Origin: an uncultured archaeon
GTDB lineage: Archaea > Asgardarchaeota > Lokiarchaeia > Sigyniarchaeales > SOKP01
Direction of reading: 5' to 3'
Assembly: GCA_964508365.1 (NCBI GenBank)
Contig: CAZDTP010000008.1
Location: 35,513 to 99,512, forward strand
DNA length: 64,000 bases
Shown here: piece after piece, positions 25,398 through 34,488 of the stretch
How positions within the stretch are numbered: position 1 is the stretch's first letter
Layout: every line of letters starts with the position of its first letter
Position numbers and translations under genes: made by a program
The notes under the pieces: generated by a model
What the model was told of the DNA's origin: nothing
Databases searched by the model: none
What the model saw: only the letters and a program-made list of their open reading frames with translations

Positions 25398-26756
25398 ATG
25401 AGTGATGAAAAAGTAAGTGAAGATGTAAAAAAACTAGTAACGACTGGTCCTACCGTTTCTTCCATGTTTGCACCAGACAAAGAGAACTTAGTTGAACCTG
25501 GATCTCACAAAGACAACGATTTTGAGCGATGTATACAATGCGGTTATTGCCGCAATGTTTGTAGGGTGTATAGTATAACCTTTTCCGAAAGGGATTATGC
25601 CGGGGGACGAAATAGAATCCTCAAAGCTTTGTCTAAAAAGGAGCTTGATTTCAATAAAGAAGAGATCATTCCTTCAATCTTTCAGTGTATGCTTTGTGGC
25701 CATTGCAGGACCGTTTGCCCCGTAGGAATCGATTTGTTAGAAGTTTTTCAAAATTACAGAAGAACTGCCGTGCGTAAAGGGGTTCTACCTGAAAAACTAG
25801 GAATCTTAAAAAACTCTATACTAACAAACAAAAATCCATTTCTCGAAAGTGGAACTGATAGATATAATTGGTGTGATTCGGAAACTTGTAAAGAAGGGTA
25901 CGATGCATTACAACGTGGAATAGAACGTACTAGAAAAATTGAATCTGGGGAATTAAAACCGAGCGATATTGATGAACATTTAGTAGGTTATTTCGTTGGT
26001 TGTACTAGTTCGTATCGAAATAACGAGTTAAGTACAGCAACAGCTCGAATTTTAGAGAAACTAGGCGTGAAGTTCATTTTGTTTCCCGATGAATATTGTT
26101 GTGGGTCGGTCATGTTCCGAACTGGGTTAGAAGACGATGCTATTCAATTAGTTAAATATAACGTTGATATGATTCGAAAGTTAGGAGTTAACGAACTCGT
26201 CTTTTCTTGCGCTGGCTGTTTTTCTACATTTAATAATGAATATCCTAAGTTTGTGGGGGGCCTTGACTTCGAGCTTTCTCACTTGGTTCAATTTGTACCT
26301 AAAATCGTAAAACAAAAGGGACTTAGAATAAGATACACGAAGCGAACAAAAGAAGACCCAATGATTATTACGTATCACGATCCATGCCACTTAGGACGAT
26401 ATTGTGGTGTGTACGACGAACCAAGAGAGCTAATGAACATGATTGAAGGCGTTAAGTTTATAGAGATGAAACATAACAGAGAAATGTCTTTATGCTGTGG
26501 TGCGGGTGGAGGAGTAAGAGCTTTATATGGAGAAATTTCGCTTGATATTGCTAGTAATCGGTTAGATGAAACTGTAGCGTGTTGGGAGAACATTAACGAA
26601 GACCGTTTAAAGGAAGCAATCGAATCAAAGGCAGAGGTATTAGTTAGCGCTTGTGTCTTTTGTAAAAATAATCTACATCTCGCAGCTAGTCAGACAAAAC
26701 CTGATTTACCAATGATAGATTTATCTCAAATCCTTTCTGAATGCGAATTTTATTAA
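25398..26756 (+). CDS. Fe-S oxidoreductase, GlcF/HdrD-like (2x[4Fe-4S] plus two CCG domains)
   Basis: CIQCGYCRNVC, CMLCGHCRTVCP, YCCGS...SCAGC and YHDPCHLGR...LCCGAGGG...SACVFC. Confidence 0.92.
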   Translation: MSDEKVSEDVKKLVTTGPTVSSMFAPDKENLVEPGSHKDNDFERCIQCGYCRNVCRVYSITFSERDYAGGRNRILKALSKKELDFNKEEIIPSIFQCMLCGHCRTVCPVGIDLLEVFQNYRRTAVRKGVLPEKLGILKNSILTNKNPFLESGTDRYNWCDSETCKEGYDALQRGIERTRKIESGELKPSDIDEHLVGYFVGCTSSYRNNELSTATARILEKLGVKFILFPDEYCCGSVMFRTGLEDDAIQLVKYNVDMIRKLGVNELVFSCAGCFSTFNNEYPKFVGGLDFELSHLVQFVPKIVKQKGLRIRYTKRTKEDPMIITYHDPCHLGRYCGVYDEPRELMNMIEGVKFIEMKHNREMSLCCGAGGGVRALYGEISLDIASNRLDETVACWENINEDRLKEAIESKAEVLVSACVFCKNNLHLAASQTKPDLPMIDLSQILSECEFY

Positions 26757-26758
26757 TA

Positions 26759-26790
26759 TTTTTTTATACTAATTTAAATTTTTATTTTCT
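26759..26790 (+). terminator. T-rich terminator candidate closing the 20.2-26.8 kb gene run
   Basis: T7 immediately after the stop, followed by further T-rich tracts. Confidence 0.4.
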
Positions 26791-26982
26791 AAATTTTATT
26801 TCATTCTAAAGTATTCTTATAAATTTTCTTCATGCTTTGACATATCTAAATTAGAAGCTAAATTAGACAAGGTCTTAATAAACTAGGTTTTTAATACGAA
26901 AAGATAATAAATTTACAGTATTTATTTCTAATAAGTGTTTAAATAAAATTTAATTACGATTAAATTTACGGTATGAAAAATT

Positions 26983-28587
26983 ATGGAATTAAAGAATTAC
27001 AGAATTTTGATTTCTGACGGTTTAGCTCAAGAGGGAGTTGAGATATTAAAGAAATTCAAAAATTTTGAACTTACGATTAATGATAATACAAGAAGAGAAG
27101 AACTTCTTGAAATTATTGAGCAATTCGATGGAATCATAGTTAGGAGCGCTACTAAACTCACTCCGGATATAATTAGCGCGGGGAAAAAATTAAAAGTGAT
27201 TGTTCGAGCAGGTACGGGTTATGATAACATCAATATTGAAGAATGTAATAAACATGGAATTGTAGTGTTAATAACTCCATTAGGCAATACTAATGCAGTT
27301 GTTGAGCTAACAGTAGGTCTTATGCTGAATTTCGCGCGAAATATTTATAAAGCGAATAGTTCTATGCGTGAGGGTAAATGGGATAAACAATTCTTAAAAG
27401 GCTCTGAATTACAAGGAAAGACCATAGGAGTTATTGGATTAGGAAATATTGGAGCCGCTGTTGTAAAAAAGTGTCACGCATTTAACATGAATGTTGTTGC
27501 TTTCGATAATTTTGTTCCAAAAAAACGGGGTCAGGATTTAGGTCTTGAGTTATTAGATAATTTTGACGAATTTTTAGCTCGATCAGATTATATTACGATT
27601 CATGTTCCCTTAACCCCCCAAACGAAGGATTTAATTAGTTATTCTGAGATAGAGAAAATGAAATCTACTGCGATTATTATCAATGTTGCCAGAGGAGGAG
27701 TTGTAAATGAGCAAGCATTATACAACGCTCTAAAAAACAATAAAATTGGGGGAGCTTGTATTGATGTTTTTTCTAAAGAACCAGCAGATCCTAAAGATGC
27801 ACCTTTTATCGGATTAGATAATTGTATTACAACGCCTCACTTAGGTGCTAGCACAATTGAGGCTCAAATTGAGGTAGCGAAATTAGCAGCAGAAAGAATA
27901 GTCCAAGCTCTTAATTCCAAAATATTCATAGATGCAATTAATATTTCTTTCAACATATCAGAAGAAATGGCTGATTTATATAGACCTTATATAGAATTAG
28001 GGGCTTCTTTAAGTAAATTCATTACACAGTTTAACTTATCAAAAATTATTAGTGTGAAAATTAAGTATAAAGGAGAGATATTTACTGACTTTGAACCAAT
28101 TAAAGCAGTGATATTGCAATCTCTTTTTGATGGTAGATTAGTTGAAATAATAACATATATTAACTTAGAAGAGATTTTAAAGGAAAATGACATAAAGGTT
28201 GTTGTAGAAAAGTATGTTAAACCAATTAATTACGAAAATTACATAAAAATTTCTATCATGACTGAAGATGGAGCTTTAACTAAAATTGCGGGAACTGTTT
28301 TTTCAGAAAAACCTAGAATAGTTGAGATAGATGGATTATTTTACGATCTTGCTCCCACCAACTACATGCTAGCTCTGAGAAATAACGATGTCCCAGGAGT
28401 AATCGGAAGTATTGGGACCTTTTTAGGAAATAAAGGAATAAACATAGCAGGGTTACAATGCGGAAGAAAAGAAAAAGGTGATATCGCAATTTCAATCGTT
28501 ATCCTAGACGAAGCGGTATCTAACGAAGATATCGATGAACTCAAGAAATTTCCCGATATAATTGATGCTTATGGAATAAAATTGTAA
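26983..28587 (+). CDS. serA: D-3-phosphoglycerate dehydrogenase (with ASB and ACT domains)
   Basis: RAGTGYDNI, GVIGLGNIG, INVARGG, TPHLGAST and C-terminal DVPGVIG ACT domain. Confidence 0.95.
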   Translation: MELKNYRILISDGLAQEGVEILKKFKNFELTINDNTRREELLEIIEQFDGIIVRSATKLTPDIISAGKKLKVIVRAGTGYDNINIEECNKHGIVVLITPLGNTNAVVELTVGLMLNFARNIYKANSSMREGKWDKQFLKGSELQGKTIGVIGLGNIGAAVVKKCHAFNMNVVAFDNFVPKKRGQDLGLELLDNFDEFLARSDYITIHVPLTPQTKDLISYSEIEKMKSTAIIINVARGGVVNEQALYNALKNNKIGGACIDVFSKEPADPKDAPFIGLDNCITTPHLGASTIEAQIEVAKLAAERIVQALNSKIFIDAINISFNISEEMADLYRPYIELGASLSKFITQFNLSKIISVKIKYKGEIFTDFEPIKAVILQSLFDGRLVEIITYINLEEILKENDIKVVVEKYVKPINYENYIKISIMTEDGALTKIAGTVFSEKPRIVEIDGLFYDLAPTNYMLALRNNDVPGVIGSIGTFLGNKGINIAGLQCGRKEKGDIAISIVILDEAVSNEDIDELKKFPDIIDAYGIKL

Positions 28588-28651
28588 TTCTTATGGAACG
28601 CAACGATTTTATAATCTAAATGCTTTTAATTTTTATTTCTTATTTTCTAGT

Positions 28652-29704
28652 ATGAGTATGAAAAAAGTGAGCTCAAATGTAATTACATTAGCTCATGGTG
28701 CCGGCGGAGTATTGCAAGAAGAGCTTATCTCCTTTATTACGAAAAATATTACGTTCAAAAATGTGAATAAGGGTATAGGAGTAAAAGAGCTTGATGATGG
28801 AGCAACAATTCCTTTAGATGATTATGAAAAAGAAATCGTAATTACAGCCGATGGACATACTGTTTATCCGCTTTTTTTCCCTGGGGGCAATTTAGGGACA
28901 TTGAGTGTTTGTGGCACTATAAATGATTTAATAATGATGGGTGCGCAACCTATAGCATTAACATCGATAGTCATCATAGAGGAGGGTTTTAAGTTCGAGC
29001 AGCTAAACAAAATCCTCAATTCTTTTAATAACAAAGCTAAAGAGGCGAATGTAGCAATTATAGCTGGAGACACCAAGGTAATGCCTAAGGGAACTCTGAA
29101 CGAAATGATAATTGCAACAACGGGAATTGGAATCAAGGATAAAAACATAAAAATTTTGGATGCCAATTTAAAAACTGGGGATAAAATTATTGTAACGGGG
29201 AGTATTGGGGATCATGGAACATCATTAATTGGGAGCCGTGAAGGGTTGAATATCTCTACAGACTTGAATTCTGATGTAGATCACTTACTTGAGATTTATA
29301 ATGTTCTTAAAGAAGAAATTGAAAATAATCACATTCACGCAATGAAAGATCCAACAAGAGGTGGGATAGCAGCGGCTCTCAACGATTGGGCAAACAAATC
29401 AGATATAAGTATACTACTCGAAGAAGACAAAATTCCCATCAAAAAGCAAGTTAATGCTATCTGTGAAATGCTGGGATTAGATCCCTATGCGATTGCTTGT
29501 GAGGGAAGAGCTCTAATGTCTGTAGATCCTATTAAAGCTGAAGAAATCTTATATAAAATAAAATCAACATCTATTGGAAAAGATGCTGAGATAATTGGGG
29601 TTGTCAAATCAGAAAATCCAAAAAGAGTTTTGTTAAATACGATAGTAGGGGGAACTAGGTTCGTAGATATGCCTTTAGGAGAACCTATTCCTCGTATTTG
29701 CTAA
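28652..29704 (+). CDS. hypE: Hydrogenase maturation carbamoyl dehydratase HypE
   Basis: LAHGAGG, DDGA, MKDPTRGG, CEGR and C-terminal PRIC. Confidence 0.97.
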   Translation: MSMKKVSSNVITLAHGAGGVLQEELISFITKNITFKNVNKGIGVKELDDGATIPLDDYEKEIVITADGHTVYPLFFPGGNLGTLSVCGTINDLIMMGAQPIALTSIVIIEEGFKFEQLNKILNSFNNKAKEANVAIIAGDTKVMPKGTLNEMIIATTGIGIKDKNIKILDANLKTGDKIIVTGSIGDHGTSLIGSREGLNISTDLNSDVDHLLEIYNVLKEEIENNHIHAMKDPTRGGIAAALNDWANKSDISILLEEDKIPIKKQVNAICEMLGLDPYAIACEGRALMSVDPIKAEEILYKIKSTSIGKDAEIIGVVKSENPKRVLLNTIVGGTRFVDMPLGEPIPRIC

Positions 29705-30043
29705 TTAACTTTTCGTTAATATTTTCTCAATTTCTCTTTTAAGTATAGATATGTCCTTCTTAGCAGTATTCCATACTTCCTCAAGATCAACTGTAAAATA
29801 TTTATGAATTAATTTATCTCTCATTCCAGCAATATCTTTCCAAGGAATCTTAACATTTTCTTTTTTGAAGTCTTCAGAAAGTTGTTTTGTAGCTTCTCCG
29901 ATAATTTCCAGTCTTCTAATAATAGCATCTTGAATAATATCTTCCTTCATGAACCTATTATAATTAGTTTTTTTAAGATACTTGTCAATTTTTGCAATGG
30001 CTTTAAAAATATGATCTAAATAAGTAATATCTTCCTTATTCAC
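29705..30043 (-). CDS. HEPN/HepT (DUF86) RNase toxin
   Basis: RRLEIIGEA, IPWKDIAGMRDKLIHKY (R-x4-H HEPN motif) and VW. Confidence 0.93.
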   Translation of the reverse strand: MNKEDITYLDHIFKAIAKIDKYLKKTNYNRFMKEDIIQDAIIRRLEIIGEATKQLSEDFKKENVKIPWKDIAGMRDKLIHKYFTVDLEEVWNTAKKDISILKREIEKILTKS

Positions 30044-30339
30044 TCCAGTATCACTATGGCTTCTTTCATAATATTATCTATTAAATAAGGACTAATTCCG
30101 TTTTTGGATAATAAATCAATCTTAATTTTTAATGTTTCAGATAATTCATTTTCAATTCTTATATGGTCAAGCAAACTTGTTCCTCTAGGAAATTCCGCAA
30201 TTAAATCTAAATCGCTTTCTGATGTTGCTTCTCCACGCGCATATGATCCAAAGACTAAAATTCGTTTGATACCATGCTTCTCCAAAATAGAAATGACTTT
30301 TTTATATAATTCCTCGTAATTACTTTTACTATAACTCAT
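30040..30339 (-). CDS. MNT minimal nucleotidyltransferase antitoxin
   Basis: FGSYARGEATSESDLDL motif; GTGA overlap with the HEPN gene. Confidence 0.93.
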   Translation of the reverse strand: MSYSKSNYEELYKKVISILEKHGIKRILVFGSYARGEATSESDLDLIAEFPRGTSLLDHIRIENELSETLKIKIDLLSKNGISPYLIDNIMKEAIVILE

Positions 30340-30554
30340 AAACTTATCATTTTTTTTTTATTGTAGGAACATTTTTATTTGAATTTAATAAATTTAAGTT
30401 AATTCTAATTATTTAATATACTACTCTGTGTTATATTTTTTTTGATTTAGAACCCTAATTAATAGGAGAACCCATAATGAGAATTTGTTAAAATATTTAT
30501 AGAAATTTAAATTTAAATAGTAAATGAAAAAAAACATAACAATTTAAGAAAAAT

Positions 30555-31223
30555 ATGGATATAAGAAAGGAAGAATATCAAAAAGTTCTTGATAAATTTC
30601 CAGATGTTATTTCTATTGGCGGAAATAACTTTCTCTTGCATTTTGAAATCAATAATGAAATTTTGTTAGAAGTTGATTTTAGAAAATATCCAAAAAAAAT
30701 GAAAGCTTATTTAATTAAAAATAAAACAGATAAATTCAAACTCAGTCGTATCGTCTCCTCACTGCGGTATTGGAACAAACATTCAGCAGGCTCAGTTTTA
30801 GAAATAATCGATGAAATTTTATTATTAATTGATAATGTGAAATTAAATCAAATTATGATTAAAAAAGAATTTCTTGAGGGCTTAGTTGATATGTGTCAAA
30901 AAAATCATCCACAAAAAATGAGAGGGATATTGGGAGTACATAAAGGAGTTGTATCTGAATATATTGTACCATCAAGAGCTTGTACTGATAGTAAAAAAGA
31001 TTTTGAAATATTCAGAACAACTTGTACTATTCCATTAGACTTCTCATATGAGGGAACTTTCATATCACGCCCATCAGGTAGTCTCTCAACTAATGAGAAA
31101 TTAAACCAGATTTTCAAAAGACGAAGATTTACTATGTTAATGGCGCATCCTTATAATCTTTCTGATAACATAAAGTGTTTTGATACTTCTGGTCAAATTT
31201 TAGAACATATAATTATTGATTAA
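30555..31223 (+). CDS. Fusion of an E2/UBC(RWD)-like N-terminal domain and a degenerate JAB/MPN domain
   Basis: N-terminal LEVDF..YP...LRYW...VLEIIDEI. C-terminal HPQKMRGILG...EGTFISRPSG...AHPY...FDTSG aligns to archaeal JAMM, but the E and HxH ligands are lost. Confidence 0.6.
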   Translation: MDIRKEEYQKVLDKFPDVISIGGNNFLLHFEINNEILLEVDFRKYPKKMKAYLIKNKTDKFKLSRIVSSLRYWNKHSAGSVLEIIDEILLLIDNVKLNQIMIKKEFLEGLVDMCQKNHPQKMRGILGVHKGVVSEYIVPSRACTDSKKDFEIFRTTCTIPLDFSYEGTFISRPSGSLSTNEKLNQIFKRRRFTMLMAHPYNLSDNIKCFDTSGQILEHIIID

Positions 31224-31229
31224 AATAGA

Positions 31230-32327
31230 ATGAAAAAGATGGAAATTCCCGGAACCCAACATCTAAGAAATAAAGATTTTACTGTAAAAGTTATACGAGC
31301 AATAAATAACTTACTAAAAGAGATCAATAAACCTATTAAGTTTATGCATGTATGCGGTACACATGAGCATACTATTTCCAAATATGGGCTAAGGTCATTA
31401 TTACCGAAAAGCTTAGAGATCTTATCAGGTCCTGGTTGTCCAGTTTGTGTTTGTCCCGCCGCAGATATAGATAAAGCTATTGAATTAGGAAAAAGAGAGA
31501 ATACTATTATAACCACATTCGGAGATATGATACGCGTCCCTGCATCTAATCTTTCACTTGCAGAATTAAAGGCGAAGGGCGCAGATGTGAGAATAGTTTA
31601 CGGTCCGCACGATGCAGTAAAAATCGCGAAAGAAAATCCTGATAAAGAAGTAATTTTTTTTGCCATAGGGTTTGAAACGACAGCTCCATTAATCGGATAC
31701 GAAATTCAAAGTGGACCTCCTTCTAATTTCTCAGTAATTTGCGCATATAAATTAATTCCTGCAGCATTAGAGCTTTTAATCAGTCAATCTCAACTTAGAA
31801 TTGATGGGTTTATTTCACCAGGTCATGTTTCTACAATAATTGGTTTACAACCATTTAAGATATTTTCAGACGCTTATAGAGTTCCAAATGTTATCGCTGG
31901 TTTTGAACCTAATGACGTACTATTGAGCATCTTAATGCTCCTTCGACAAATAAAAAATAAAAAATTTGAGACATTAAATGAATACTCTAGAGTTGTAAAA
32001 CCTGAAGGAAATATAATCGCACAAAAAATTATTGCCGATGTTTTTGAATCCGTTTCAAGCCCTTGGAGAGGGATAGGGCGAATTCTCGATGGAGGATTAG
32101 CTATACGAGAGAAATACGAAAAATTTGACGCGGATAAGAAATTTGATATAAAAATTGAAAAATCACAAGATATTCCTCCAGGATGTTCCTGTCATTTAGT
32201 TATGGTCGGCAAAATTTATCCGACGGAATGTGAATTATTTAGAACATCTTGCACTCCACTTAATCCTATTGGGCCTTGTATGGTTTCTATGGAAGGAACT
32301 TGTAGTATTTACTATAAATATCACTAG
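31230..32327 (+). CDS. hypD: Hydrogenase maturation protein HypD
   Basis: MHVCGTHE, GPGCPVCV, GFETT, PGHVS and GPCMVSMEGTC. Confidence 0.97.
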   Translation: MKKMEIPGTQHLRNKDFTVKVIRAINNLLKEINKPIKFMHVCGTHEHTISKYGLRSLLPKSLEILSGPGCPVCVCPAADIDKAIELGKRENTIITTFGDMIRVPASNLSLAELKAKGADVRIVYGPHDAVKIAKENPDKEVIFFAIGFETTAPLIGYEIQSGPPSNFSVICAYKLIPAALELLISQSQLRIDGFISPGHVSTIIGLQPFKIFSDAYRVPNVIAGFEPNDVLLSILMLLRQIKNKKFETLNEYSRVVKPEGNIIAQKIIADVFESVSSPWRGIGRILDGGLAIREKYEKFDADKKFDIKIEKSQDIPPGCSCHLVMVGKIYPTECELFRTSCTPLNPIGPCMVSMEGTCSIYYKYH

Positions 32328-32545
32328 CAGTTTTTGCAGACTTGATAATTTTTTATACAATTTTTTTAATTAAATTAAAATTAATTATAACAGATCGGCA
32401 ATAAGCGTATTTTTTTACTAATATTTATATAATGGATTTGATTAATTAACACTAATTTAATCTCCACAATTTCGTAAAAAATCGAAATTTTTATAGTTAA
32501 GGAGATCATTTCATAAATTGGTGATATTTTATTACACTTTCTTTA

Positions 32546-33565
32546 ATGGGTTGGCTAAATGGACTAGTTGCCTTGTTTGTTGTTTTGTTTTATTTAATAG
32601 CTGGATTGTTTTTTTTATATAAATCAAAAAAAACCAAAGCTAAGCTTCTTTTTTATATGGGATTAGTTATTATATTTGATGGTCTTATCTGGTCGGCTGG
32701 AATTTTCGATTTCTTAACGATTCTTGCCACGGGTAATAATTTAAATCCAGTCTATTTATTTGCTATTTTTGCCCAAGGGTGGATCGGTCCTGTTATAATA
32801 TGCGGGTTTTATCTCGTTTTTGAACTTTTACTCTCTAATAGAAAAAAGAAAATAATATTAACAACTGTTTATGGTATTTTAGCTATTATTTATGAGTTAT
32901 TTTTAATTTTTGACACACAAAATAACTATAATATTATAACACCAGCTAATCCTGGCGAAGATTTACTTGATCTCACCCTGGTTATACTATCTCCGAATTT
33001 CATAATATTTAATTTTTTCCAAATTTCCGTGGTGATTTTTTATGTATTTGGTTTTTTATATAAGAGTTTTCAAACAACAGGAGTATTAAGAAAAAAATAT
33101 CGATACTTATCAATAGGATTTTTTATTTTCGTTAGTTGTGGTGTTTTTGATTCCTTCTTTTCCCAGGGGAGTGGTTATTTTTTGCCTATCGTTAGAATAG
33201 CTTTGATAAGTAGCGTTCCGTTTTGGTATTTAGGTTTGAGGGAGGAACCTGAAAAAAAGATTTCTGCTGAAAAGGAGGTTAAAATTAAAGATTCATTATT
33301 TAGAATAACAAAAAGGCCTGATCATATTACTGAAGAAGAAGTTAATTTTCACCGGGAAAGAAAAATATGTTTGGTATGTAAAGGAAATGTGTCGGGAATC
33401 AGCTATATTTGTCCAAGTTGTGATGCATTGTATTGTATAAAATGTTCGGAAGGATTGAGTGATTTAGAAAATATGTGTTGGGTTTGTAACGAACCTTTCG
33501 ACGATTATAAACCTATAAAACCGTTTAGAAGGGAAGAAGAAGGAGAAATACAAAAAAAAAATTAA
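32546..33565 (+). CDS. 7-TM membrane protein with a C-terminal C4C4 zinc finger
   Basis: Seven hydrophobic segments, then C-x2-C-x10-C-x2-C-x4-C-x2-C-x10-C-x2-C. Confidence 0.8.
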   Translation: MGWLNGLVALFVVLFYLIAGLFFLYKSKKTKAKLLFYMGLVIIFDGLIWSAGIFDFLTILATGNNLNPVYLFAIFAQGWIGPVIICGFYLVFELLLSNRKKKIILTTVYGILAIIYELFLIFDTQNNYNIITPANPGEDLLDLTLVILSPNFIIFNFFQISVVIFYVFGFLYKSFQTTGVLRKKYRYLSIGFFIFVSCGVFDSFFSQGSGYFLPIVRIALISSVPFWYLGLREEPEKKISAEKEVKIKDSLFRITKRPDHITEEEVNFHRERKICLVCKGNVSGISYICPSCDALYCIKCSEGLSDLENMCWVCNEPFDDYKPIKPFRREEEGEIQKKN

Positions 33566-33615
33566 AGAGAAAATAGAATAATTAAAATAACTAAGGAATT
33601 AAAAATAGCTTTAAA

Positions 33616-34488
33616 CTATATCGACCAAGGAAAAGTCTTGTCGTACTCCTCCTCAGCCCAAGAATCTGTAGGAAAAAAGTTGGCTCTAAAACCACTTTCA
33701 TAATTTTTTTCGTAAAAAGTTTTTACATGACGCCCCATCCTTATTTTATCGTAATCAACTCTTGTGGGCCGTTGTAGCTTTAAATTCTCTTTATAATGTT
33801 TTGTGCTAAATTCTATGCTGCATTTCCAAAATGTGGCTTTTTCCTTCATATATAATTTTTGTTCCCCACGATCTTCTTCGATCCATGCTACAAAGCAAAC
33901 ATCATCCTCACCTTTCAGACAATTGTTTAAATAGTGTAAACGGGATTCGAATCCTCCTTCACTTGAAGCCCAGTAGCCGCCCCAATAACTGGTTAATACA
34001 ATAATTACGCGCCCTTTTAATTCCCTTACAGTTGGCCATTGGTTTTTGTTCTTCTTGAAGTCAGAATAAGAATAAAGGTAATTAGGTGATAATGCATCAA
34101 CTATCACTTTATTTAGCCTTTTAATTCCATATAATTCGCTTGGTTCGTTATTCGCATCGATAATACAATCTTTTAATTCTATGAAAAGAGTTATCGGTGC
34201 GTGATCATTATTCTGTTCATCTGACCAGTCCTTCAATAATGTGAGCCAGTTCGATAGCAATAAATCTCCAGGATTTCCATCGACATTGATTGCAGCGTCA
34301 ACATGGTTGGGCAAGTGATAAACTTCAAAATCGTCAACTTCTTGAATTCTATCGTCATGAATATCGTATTCTAGGCCTCTTACGCCTTGATTAAGTTGTT
34401 TCCGAATTGACATATTAAAAGAATTGTGACTCGTCTTAAAAAAAGCTTTATGATAAGAAATATCCCATGTAGTTTCTTTAAAATTCAT
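33616..34488 (-). CDS. PI-PLC X-domain (phosphoinositide phospholipase C-like phosphodiesterase)
   Basis: SHNSF, QLNQGVRGLEYDIH, HAPITLFIELK and LKGRVIIV. Confidence 0.8.
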   Translation of the reverse strand: MNFKETTWDISYHKAFFKTSHNSFNMSIRKQLNQGVRGLEYDIHDDRIQEVDDFEVYHLPNHVDAAINVDGNPGDLLLSNWLTLLKDWSDEQNNDHAPITLFIELKDCIIDANNEPSELYGIKRLNKVIVDALSPNYLYSYSDFKKNKNQWPTVRELKGRVIIVLTSYWGGYWASSEGGFESRLHYLNNCLKGEDDVCFVAWIEEDRGEQKLYMKEKATFWKCSIEFSTKHYKENLKLQRPTRVDYDKIRMGRHVKTFYEKNYESGFRANFFPTDSWAEEEYDKTFPWSI

